Assembly (NCBI GenBank): GCA_900088475.1
Contig: FLMG01003259.1
Span: forward strand, 1 to 41,852
Source of the DNA: Hyphochytrium catenoides
Taxonomy: Eukaryota > Protista > Hyphochytriomycota
Direction of reading: 5' to 3'
Length of the DNA: 41,852 nt
Shown: positions 12,727 through 23,800 of the stretch, one piece after another
How the letters are laid out: the number at the start of each line of letters is the position of its first letter
Numbering within the stretch: position 1 is the stretch's first letter
The notes under the pieces: model-generated
Databases searched by the model: none
The model's input: only the letters and a program-made list of their open reading frames with translations
Told to the model about the DNA's origin: nothing
Translations under genes and position numbers: made by a program

Positions 12727-14675
12727 CTACGGTCTTCCTGCCGCTGTAGGGAAGGAGGCAGGAGGGAAGCTCTTCTCAGCGCGCTGTCTGGCCTTCGAGG
12801 CTTCTCTGAACTTTGCAATGAGCTGCTTCACTTCCTCTTCTAGACAATGTATCCTCTGGTCCTTGTCAATGCCTCTCTGCCTCTCTTCCTTCAGCTGCTG
12901 ACTTAGTCTCTGAATGGCTGTGAGTGTGACTCTCTCATCTCCCGCCTGTCTCTTGGTTCCTCCGGAGAGAGACAGATGGCCTTGGCCCTCTGGAGACAAG
13001 GAAGAGTTCATCAGAGTACTGGGAGAACGAGACGGTGTATGATAGCAGGTGTTTGGTAGCGGCGGAGAGTTGGAGGAGAGAGTGGCGGCGAATAAAGAGT
13101 CTGGTCTCTCCTCATGCCCAGCACAAGCAGGAGAGACGTTCTCCTTTTCATCCATTGGTAAAGGAGACATTGTCCATCGGCCGCTGCTGTGCTCTTTCCT
13201 CTTCCTTTCAACTCCCACAAGTTCATTCTTGACGTCAATGAGAGAGAGAGAGGGCTTGTCCTTCTCTCCAGGGCACCTCTTGCTCAGGTCTTTCAGTCTT
13301 CTCCCCAGATCGGTGTTCTCCCGTATAAGTCGATCCTTCTGCTTGACGAGAAGACAGACCTGAACGGACAGTAGGAGCGAAGCAGCGTGAGCCGAGGCCG
13401 AGGATGCGGGTCTATAGGAAGGTTGAGCCCTTGGAGATGGCGGGAGGACAAGTTTATACTGCTATGGAGAGAAACTTAGAGAGAGGGACAGAGAGAGAAG
13501 AACGGAGAAAGAGAGACAGAGAGAGCAGAGACGAGAGAGGGCAACAATCGTTACCAAGAGAAAAGAGAGAGATACGCGGGACAGGGTGAGTTCAAGCTGC
13601 AAGGGAGGACAACCTGGCGATCCTTATTAGCTTTGGCCTCTGAGATGACCTTGACTTCCCTCTTCAGTTTCGTCTTCTCTCCTTCTAGTGCCAGAGACCT
13701 GTCTTCCTCCTTGTAAAGCATCTCACGGAGCTCGGCGCACTCTTTCTTTTCCTCCTCCAATAAAGCCGTCGTTTCCTCTAGAGCAAGCCTCAGACGCACC
13801 TTAGGAATAGCACTATCAGATGAGTCTCTGCTCTAGGTTTAGCCATTGAGATCTATAGCGGGGAAGGGGCAATAGAAGAGGAAGAAGAGCCAGGCGACGA
13901 GTGGAATAGAGTTCAGAAGGAAAAGGCATCGCGAGAGAGAGAGAAAGAGAGAAAGGCGGAAGACCTGCGAAGAAGAGAGGAAAGAGACCACGGCCCCATA
14001 GCCAAGGAAAGGCGGAAGGATAGGGAGAGGTACCTGTTCGGCCTGAATGTCCAGACTCCTCTTCTTCTCTCCCTCCAGCTTATCGCCAAGCGCTGCCATT
14101 GATGAGGACATCTCATTTGTCTTCTGCTCCTCACCTTCCAGTCTCTCTCTCAAGAGTAGAACCTCTTTCTCTAGCTCCTGCCTTGCCTTCTGGGAGCCAG
14201 CCAAGGCAGCTCTGAGAGCAAGGCATTTCTTACTAGAGAGAGTCAGGGAGAGCGAGAGTTTTCCGCTCTGCTTCTTTTCTCTCTCTACCTCCTCGCGAAG
14301 TAATACAAGTTGTCGGCGCAGCTCTCTCTCTTGCTCCGCATAGAGACTCCAGGCCCCTGAGTGGAGAAGATGGGGCTTTAGAGTTAACACGCTAAAGTGA
14401 GGACAGGTGGGGAGCAGCATAGTGCAGAGAGAGGCAGAAGCTGGCGAAGAAGAGAGAAGATTGCTGTTAAGAGAGCCTGCTCGATGGAAGATAGGGAGAA
14501 GAGTAGAAAAGAAGGGAATGGGAGAGGCACCAACAGACATAGAGGGAGAGAGACACATAGGTCGTTGGAGAAAAAGAAAGCGTTTAGAAAGGGGGAGGGA
14601 GACAAAGATTAGCAGACCTCCTAGCCGGACTTTGGGTGCTGGAGGCGTCATGGCCGACGATGAAAGCCTTCGCAT
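12727..14675 (-). CDS. Uncharacterised spliced coiled-coil protein (5' end uncertain)
   Basis: E/K/R-rich heptad exons (~14350-14035, 13799-~13615, ~13359-12727) joined by phase-0 GT-AG introns. The first exon could not be resolved. Confidence 0.55.
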
Positions 14676-14994
14676 AGCACCACTTACGCTCCTTCTACCC
14701 TTCCAGCAGTGTGCTCTGGGATGCTAAAAGATTTGTGTCTCTCTGGTTTCTCGAGCTCTCTACCTCGTTGGGGCCTGGGGCCGGTGAAGCTCAACAAAGG
14801 AGAGCGCACAGGTACTGGTGACCACGATAGACGTCATAGTAGCGTCGGTCGCGAGAGAGAAGCACGGGAGAGAGAGCGCGGGAGCATTGACTCGCTCTGT
14901 CTGGGTCTGCTTGAGCGGGGGCTTTTGAAAAGCCACAAGTAACGTATCGCAGAGAGCCGGTAACGATATTTATATACCTTTATCTGATTCTGTT

Positions 14995-15000
14995 GCTCTC

Positions 15001-15054
<54 letters not shown>

Positions 15055-15545
15055 CTCTCTCTCTCTCGCTTTCTTTCTCTCTCTCTCGCTCTCTCCCTCT
15101 CTCTCTCTCTCTCCCCCTCAACTCTCTCTCTTTCAACTCTCTCTCTTCCTCATTCTCTCTCCTTTTCTCTTTCTCTCTCTGTGCTCTCCTCTTTTCTCTT
15201 TCTGTCTCTCGCTTTCTCTTTCTCTCTCTCTGCCCTCTTCCTGTCTCTCTTTCTCTCTCTCCCCCGCATCTTCCTCTCTCGCTCGCTTGCGTTTTCTGTC
15301 CCTTTCACACTGTCTTATCACTTGCCCAATCCTTTATTGGCATCCTCGTCCAACTTCCGCTGTCAAGCGACTGATTCTTCTGGTCTGTGCCTCGTACCCC
15401 GTGCGTTAGAAGAGTTAAGGCTGACGCTAAAGCAGTTCATTGGAAAGACAGATACAGGCGAAGAGAGAAAGAGAGAGAGAGACAGAAAGAGAGAAAAAGA
15501 GAGAAGAAGAAGAAGGAGGACACTGGAACACCTGGTCGAGAAGAG
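14995..15545. repeat. (TC)n tract followed by a (GA)n tract in a divergent intergenic region
   Basis: Directly visible; source of several spurious SL/ER ORFs. Confidence 0.9.
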
Positions 15546-15575
15546 AGAGAGAGCAGCACTTGGTGAGAAGAACCG

Positions 15576-17178
15576 ATGAGCGGCTCTCGAGGCAGAGTCC
15601 TGTCGGGGGAGGACAGCGAGGAAGAGGAGGAACTCTCCCATGAAGAGCCTCAAAGGAAGAGCGGCAGATTGAGTCAGAGGAGCCCAAAAGCGAGGGATCT
15701 CAGCGACACCGTGAGCTCCTTAAGCGACTAACAAACGCTTAGACATCCATCTTCCTACTGCTTCTCCTCTCTCTCTCCTCTTCTTAACCTCGCTCTTCTT
15801 CTCTCTTGTCCTCCTCTTTCATCCTTCTTTATAGTGCCTCCCTCACTTCTTCTCCTTGGACTCCGACGCTGGCTCCTCTGGCGCTTATTGGCATCCATTC
15901 TCTGGTCCGCTCTTCGTTCCACGTCCACGATTTTTGCTCCTCAGCTTCCTAACCTCTCCCGTTCTCCCTCTATTCTCCCCTTTGTGCAGGCTGCTCCATC
16001 TCCTCCTGTCAGCTCCCCAAGGGCTTCGGTTGCCCGACGATCCGTCTCCCGCAGCCCATCAAACGAGCTGAAACAGGGCGGAGAGGTCAATAAGAGAGAA
16101 GGAAGAGGAAACATCGTAGACGGGGCAATAAAGGAAGGGAAAGACGACACCGTTGACCCTGTGGAGACCATAGCACAAGGCCTGACTGGAGCCATGCGCC
16201 TGCCTTTGAAGGAAGTTGCCGCACGGCTTAGGGAGCTGCAAGAGGGACAAGAGGTCGGACTAAATCTCCAGACCTTCTGCCTCCATCCTTCAGTCTCCTT
16301 CCCTCGCTCTGCTCGTTTCTGGCCTCATCTTACCTGTCTCGTCGTTTCTTGGGGCTGCATCTTCTCTCTCTTGTCGTGCGGCAGCCTAGCGATTAGGCGC
16401 AAGCACTTCCACACTTTTCCGCATCCCTTTCGTTTGTCAAGCGCTCTTTTCTCCTCTTCTCTCAAACCTAACTCCCTCTATGGTTGGGCTCTAGACCCTT
16501 CTGCAGGAGCTGACAGGGGCGCACCAGCAGCTAGCAGAGCTGCCTCACTGGGAAGAGATCCAGCTCACCATGTCTCGTCTCCCACAATACCAGGTCAGAG
16601 GAGACTTCCGCTGCTTCATCCTAATTCTCTGGATAACGTGGGGCAAAAAGCCAAATCCTCAATTCTCCTCATCTTTTCTATGTTTATATGTGAGTGTGTG
16701 CCTTCCCGTGTCTCTCTCTCTCTCTCTTCCACCGTTTGACTCTCTGGCACGAGCTTTACTTCTGACATCCTGACCTTCGCCCCTCTTCTTCTAGTACAAG
16801 GCCGCAGGACTGCTCAAGGCTATGACAGCCATAACCCTGAGAGTAAGTCATCCTATAGAGGATATTGTATTCTTCAAATATGCCCTTCGATCCTCTCTCT
16901 GTCCTCTCTCAATTTCTTTCTCCCTCTCGGTCCCTGCTACTCTCTCTCTCTTCTCTCTCTCTCTCTCTTGTTCTCTTGCTTACTTATCTCTCCTTCATCT
17001 GTCGATCTTTACTAGTTTGTTCTCCCCAAATGTGTCTCTTGTCGCTTGGTTCCTTTTTGTCGCTGACTTTGTCACACTCTTTCGCCGTCCAACACATTCG
17101 ACCACGATGGGACTCCAGATGGAGAAGTTGAAGAGAGAATCCTTTGAATTCCAGATTCGCGTCCAGCAAGGTGGGTGA
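15576..17178 (+). CDS. Snapin/Pallidin-family BLOC-1 subunit (BLOC1S6-like), about 5 exons
   Basis: Spliced C-terminal half VETIAQGLTGAMRLPLKEVAARLRELQEGQETLLQELTGAHQQLAELPHWEEIQLTMSRLPQYQYKAAGLLKAMTAITLRMEKLKRESFEFQ resembles the pallidin core (LAEGL...L.EL...Q..LL...Y..K...M...KLK). The N-terminus is acidic and Ser-rich. All junctions are phase 0. Confidence 0.72.
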
Positions 17179-17833
17179 CGGCGGCCGCGCAGTTGTGCAT
17201 TTATATAGCCACTGATGGGCCCTTCTTCTCTCCTCATTCTGCTCAATGGGCGGTGATTCCTCAATGCATGCAGCTGCTGGTAACAGAGACTCATTGACGA
17301 AAGGCTCTTCATGACCAATGGAGATGCTCTACAATATCTTAACCCCATCATACCATGCCACATAGTAACACAACTAAATGTTGCACTGTGGCACGCGTCA
17401 GAGCTAGAGCTTGCCAGTAAATAACATCGTGGCCGCCGACACTGTCGTCCATGGCCAGTAAGGGAAGCGTGACCGAGAAAGTCCCCAACAAGGGAGAAGG
17501 ACGTGCTTCTGTCATCTTTACGCTGTATTAACATGTCCAGGAAGGCCTAGCAAACAGCCCTTCGAATAACTCCTGGATAGCGGAAGCACTGCCAGTGCAA
17601 TTATCTTCCTCGTAGATACACCTTGCTCCTACTGATTTACATCGATATGCACAAAATAAACATTAGGCCCAACGCCCTGTACCCTACTTGACGCACATGC
17701 TCTTGAAAGGCCAGCTCGTTACAGATCTGCCCTCCTCCTCTGCAGGAGATCGTTGCTGAGCAACGCCCAAATGCTCTATCTATACGTCTTTTCTCCTTTC
17801 TGTGAGCGCCCGCACATTCTCTCTGAGACAGCA

Positions 17834-20800
17834 CTAACTGATGCTTTTTGAACCCTTTTCTCCCTTCTCCTCCTCTCGACCGAACAGCTCCCGAGAGCTG
17901 TCTTGTACGTGATAAGCAGAGAAATTGAATCCGGATTCCCTCTTCCGCTGTCCTTCTACCTCCTCTGCCTCAGCTTCGCGCAGAGCGAACCGTCTTCTGA
18001 AGATCGCTGTCTCTCTAGACTGCCCTAACTCTCTCGTCTATGATGATGCGGTGTACAGGGGCAAGAGACGTTAGACAGAGAACAAGCAAGGGTAGATATT
18101 GAGGCTTGCAATGAAGAGATACTTCTAGTTCATGGTTGAACCCATCTTAGAGCCTTGCGAAGAGAGAAAGTTCCAGGACTAATGAGGAGGCCCTTCAAAC
18201 AGCTGAAAGAGTGAAGATCGAAGAAATTCAAAAGATGGAGAAACAGCCATGAGATAGCGCCGATTCAATCAGACGAAATCGTTGAAGATGGCTGAGGGGA
18301 TCCCTTACTCTATCAAGCAATAGAAACTCTCTCGATGGCTCCGTCCACCTGTTACCCCGAAAGATGAGAAACTTCCTGAATCCCCACCTCAAAAGCTCTT
18401 TCTCTTTCTTCCGCACTAGTAGCTGCCGGTTACATAATGGAGATATTTAAAGTTATTAGACTGAGAAGGCACCCTTTCAGAAAGTACCCAAGGCGCGACA
18501 GCAAATAGCAAAGAACCCTGACGGCAACAAAAGAGGCATGGCGGGCCGGGCTTAAAGAAAAACCGAAGACATAGTGCGGGGTGTACCCTGAGGATGATGC
18601 ATCCTGTCCGCTTGATCCGCTCCCTTATCAGTCGAATAGCGCCTTGAATGACGTCAAGGTCACGAGAGTATACGCCCTGTAGACGACGATCAGGAGAGAT
18701 TCTAATGTTCCTGCTCTCTACTCCCTCCAGTCCGTCAGCGGGTAAAACTCTGACGCTATCATCTGTATCTCACAGCCGTACCTCTATCTGCTTCTGGTGT
18801 CTCCGGAGTCTATCCGCGGCTATGAGTGCTAGAGCGAATATGTTCCGCTGCAGGTCCCTAGCCATGAAAGGTCCCAAGACCTGGAAATGCTCTCTAGCCC
18901 TCAGTCGCACTGCTGCCACTTTCCACTGTCAGTGCCAATACAAAAGACGGACTTCAGTTCCTCGTAAAGCTCAAGACTTCATGGCAACAGAAAAGCTTGA
19001 CGGTGTCGCAATACTTCCGGGGAAAGAGGACCACAAAGAAACGGAATAGATAAGAGTATTGCCAACTCAATCACTTAGACCAGCCAGCGAAGCCTGGTGA
19101 GGAGATACGGCCAGCATAGGCCGGCAAAATGGCGGTGGGGGTTGAAGGCTATGAAACAAGGAGCTATAGAGGGAGAAGGTAGCGATGTGTTTACCCTGTG
19201 GAAACCCAGGGCAAGCAAACCCAGACGCGCTTTTCTCATGCCTAGCAGGAGCAGGAGTACTCCCTCCCTCCTTCTGTCTACCGATCTCCATTCTTGGTTG
19301 AGGTCCTCATCTTGTGACCCTTGGTGGAGTTTTCTATCTCTTGAGCCAGCGTCATCTGATGCCCTCCTTCGTTCTCCAGGTACTGCTATGTGCATTGCCC
19401 ACTCCTCAAGTATCACGACAATTGCCTCAACATCTTCCTTGCTCTCAGTCAATAGAGAATCTGCAGAAGCGAAACAAGTGCGGGGAGCAGTTGTCAAAGG
19501 TGACGGTCAGGCGCTCTGGGAGTGGACTTTAATGAAGAATGATAGACTTCCATACCTAGTTCTTCCACCGCTGCAACTGTTTCCCTTCTTCTCGTTCCGT
19601 TTGGTGACAATGATGCTTCAACTCCCTGTCAATAGGTACGGATGGGGCGTTAGCTTGCAGTCAAGAGCAACTTGATCCGTGAGAGGACAACTGGACCTAA
19701 CCCTAACACTAAACGTGGGGCTGTTTGAAACTTCTCGAGACTTACCAGAAGGCGATAACGTAGCTTCATAAGCCTAGCTGTGAGAAGAGATGTGAAGTTA
19801 CGGACAGCTTCTCTTGCCACGCGACGGAGCGAAATGGAGAACTCCGCTTCGTTCTCTTTTTTTCTCGCTCTCATTGAACTATCTCTTTCCTTCGACCACA
19901 CTTGCATGCTCTCGCTTAAGGTCTATGAATTAGGTCAGTGAAAGCGGTACATTGGCGGCAGAGAGATCTGACAGACCTTCGGCTCAGTGTGTAGATCCTC
20001 CTCCTCAAATGAACTGCGAGCAGTGAACGCTGATCTCCAAAGAAGCTTTTCTCCTCTTAGGATCTCAAGCTGAAGCAAAAGGAAAACGTTGGGACCAAGA
20101 TGAGATGTGGAAGCTCTTATAATCAAGCCAAAGTTGCTCAGCTCAGGACAGAGAGAGGAGGATGGACCTGAATAATCACTTACGACCGCTGGAACTACAA
20201 GCCGTAAAAGCTCTGACCCAACGAAGGAAGCGGGGGATGAGAGAGAAAACTTTCCCGCCTTTCACCTGCAACTGTGCCTCTTTAAGCAGTTCTTCCGATC
20301 TCTCCGCCCTGTCTGAAGCCGACTCAGGCCCTCCATGTATCTCGACTCTGCCAACATCTTCAAAATCCTCCTCCTCGTCTTTGTCTCTCCCTATTGCTGA
20401 TACGTCAAAAGAGGCAAAGGCCGAGGCAAACGGCTGGATATAGGCAGATCAGCGACAGCAACCAGGCATAGCGAAGGACAACCAAGAAGTATGATAAGGG
20501 AAAGAGCAAGAGGACCTTCACGATCGAAAGAAGAGAGAAAAGCCCGCGGTGACGGAGTTCACCAGCTAAGACGATGCCAAAGGTGTGCAACAGGCAAAAG
20601 TATAGAGAATGAGAGCTACCTCCTCTTCCTCGCGCTGCAGATTGCCAAGCTGCAGCTGTTCCACCTCCGTCTGGCGGAGGGAGAGCTGTGCAGTGAGGGA
20701 GGCAATCTTTTCCTCCTTTTCCTTCAGTTTGCCATGCAGTTCTTCACACTCTTTCCAGACATGCTCTTCTCTTTCTTGTCTTTTTTTAAGGTCTGCAACT

Positions 20801-23800
20801 TGTCTCAACAGTTCATTGTTGTGATGGGAGAGCTCGTAAGCCTGTTTCTCAACGATTGCCCTTTCTCTCCAGAGTGCTTCCTCCTCCGCTCTTGATCTCC
20901 AGACGTTTTCTTTCTCTGTGGTGAGCCTTTTCTGGACGTCTCCCAGTTCTTTCTCAAGAGCCTGAACACGTGTTGACAATGCCTCAGCTTCCTCTTCTTT
21001 CAGCCTTTGCTTTCCCTGCATCTCTTTCTTTAGCATTTCACTTCTTGCTAACTCATCTCTAAGCCTCCTGCTCTCTTTCTTCCATCGCTCTACTATGCAG
21101 TTTATGAGCAAGAGAAGAGTGAGTGGCAGTGATTACGCTGCACACGTAGACACACNNNNNNNNNNAGATGTCGGAATTGCGACGCATGGCAACAGTAAGA
21201 AGTCCAAATGAAAATAGCTCATTCGTGCCAAGAGACAGAAGAGAAATGCATGTTGCCAGATGCGCTAGGGAGAACGTGCAGCGGGAGGCAAATGGATCAA
21301 GGATGCCAAAGTAGATAGAGAGGCTGAGAAGGGATGATGGGGTTGCACTGCATCACCTGTTTCATCACTCTCTCTGTTGCGTCCTTCTCCTGCTCCGTCC
21401 CTCAGTCTGGACGCTGCCAGTTGGCGCAGGCTGCTCAACTCCAGCTGGCAGATGGCAAGCTCAGACTGCACAGATAAGAATCAGTTTCAAGTCAGGGTCA
21501 AGACTAAAGCTGAGAGAAAGACGACGAGAGACTCACCTTCAGTTCCACTTCCGCCTCTATGAACTGTTGGATCCTCTTCTCCTTTATAAAGAGCATCTCG
21601 GATAAACTTTCTATCTCTCTTTTCGTGGCGGTCGCGAGGTCTTCGATCTCGTCTCTATCTTCTGAGTGTCCTTCCCTCTCGACGGCTAAAAGTCCTTCTC
21701 GAACTGCTTTTATAACGCTCTGAGCATCACTCAAGCCTGCAAGCAACATGGAATATGGTTCTCCTCTTGCGCTTTCCCTTTCTTCGCTCAAGAGAGCCGA
21801 TGGGAACGAAGAATCGTACAGGTGCTCGTCTCCTCTAGTGTCCTCTTCTGCCAGGGTGGATTGAGCGAGCTCCGTTGAGAAGTACAGAGAAGGCTCACCG
21901 CCATACCCTGCGTCACCTCTCTCTTCATCGAGGTGCACTGCTCTATCCTTTCGCGGAGTGTTGTCTCCTCGGACTGCTTCATGCCATCTGCGTAACTGCT
22001 GAAGAAGAAGTAACAGGTCTCCCTTGAGCTCCGCCAAGGCTTTCATAACTGCTGCAGAAGCAAGAGCTATTTGTTGTTGGACGATAGTTCCTTCACTGGC
22101 TCCTACGCCAGGAGGAATGCCCGTTCTAATCTCTGCCCTTGACTCTTCATGGGTTTCTTGACGGCTATCCAACTGAGTTGGCTGCGTCGACTGTCTTTCT
22201 GACGCAGGCTCTTTAGCTTGACCTAGCTCTTCCTGCATATCTGACGGCACTCCATCTGCGCCTTCAGCTGTTGAAGTGTTTCCACCAATGGCGGCCTCTG
22301 GGTTCAGCGCAAGGCCTATGCACTCTCTGCTTTCCTCGTATGGCTCTTCTCGGCACTTCTCTACCTCTGCGTGCGGCTCTTCTCGGCGCTTGTCTACCTT
22401 TGCCTGACTGATACCGATACGCCTCTCAGGAAACAGGATACTCTCTGTGTCAGATTTGGTGCTAGGCCGAAGCTGAGGGGCTAATTGAACATCCTTCCGC
22501 TCACTGGTGTCCGATGACATGGAAACTGTTCCCGGTTGTGAAGGGCGCTTCTTAGCCTTTAGCTCTTCCTTTAGGGCGGAAAGCTCGCCCTCTAACTTCT
22601 GAACCTCTTCTTGTCTTCTCAGTTGTAGAGCCTGAAGCTCCTGCTGCATAGCTTTCTGAGCAGTAAAGAAGGAACTCTCTCGCTCTTGTAAGTAAGCGCT
22701 TTCCTCCTTGCTCTCCGCTCTTAAAAGTTCTATTTCCTGAGTTCGGGCAGCGAGAGCTTTGAGGGTATGCGCTTCACGTTCGGTGTGCCTCTTTCTTTCT
22801 TCCTCAAGCTGTCGCTCTATCAACGCAAATGATTGTTGCCAGTCGTGCTGTTCTGAGAGTCCTTGACTGTTGTGTGGGCTTTCCCTTTCGTCTCGCCCTA
22901 AGGCCGCTTGCTGTACCTCTCCTTTTAGTTCAGCTCCATCCGTTCTCCCCTCATCTTTCTGAGAATGCCTATTCAATGCCTCCTGCAGAGCTCTCTTGAG
23001 GCCAACGCACTCAGATCGAAGTCTCTCAATCTCAGTGAGGAGCTCCCCTTCTTCTCTCGTTTGATCCTTGTGTTGAGCCTCTGCCAAGAGATCTCCGCCA
23101 CCTCCTCCATATTCTTCTATCTCTGCTCCGTAACTTTCTGTCACTTGCTCTGCCCTATCGCTGCGCAACCCTGTCGGAGACGTCAGCCTCCTCTGCGCAG
23201 CACTTTCGTCTATCTGCGCTGTGACTCTTGCAAGCGGATGCTCCATTGACAGAGCTTCCCCCTCCGCTCTGTCCCTGGTGAGAAAAGGCTGCTCTTCCTT
23301 TATCCTCTCCGTCTCTTCTGTAGCCTTCTCCAACGTTGCTCTTTCTATTAACACTTGCGAATTTTTCAGGCTAATTATCTCGTCTTCCAAGCGTCGTATG
23401 GAGACTAAGAAGGACGCTCTCTCATCTTCCATCTGCTTTCTCAAGTTCAAAAGTTTGAAGCTATCGGCATCCCGCTCCTTTGCGGGTGAAGTATCCTCCC
23501 CTTGCTTATCATCCTCGTCAGAGAGAGGTAGTGGGGCTACACTTGTTTGTGAAACAGGAGGTGACGAGAGGGAGCGATCAAGTAACGCTTGGCGAAGCTG
23601 AGAGCACTCTGTCTGAAGTCTCAGGAGTTCCTCTTGCTGGCTGATTAGCAGGGCTTCGAGGTTGTCGCGTCCCTTTGAAGTTTGCTCTTTGGTAAATTCT
23701 GCACGGAGGTCCTCAGTGCCATCAAATCGCTCCAGCTGAGTAGCCGTCGGACTGCCACCCTCCTCCTCTTTTGCTATTATGGCTTCGCACTTCGAGGTCT

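Noticed and set aside
14834-15687. ER-rich and SL-rich ORFs (also at 105-308, 2773-3220, 3514-4239 and 11955-12289)
   Set aside because: They are translations of GA/TC microsatellites.
17478-17487. GAAAGTCCCC resembling the RNase MRP CR-I motif
   Set aside because: No complementary GGGGCT (CR-V/P4) found in the following few hundred bases.
19696-19714. Telomere-like CCTAACCCTAAC (also CCTAAACCCTAA at 37655-37666)
   Set aside because: Only about two units, which is compatible with chance.
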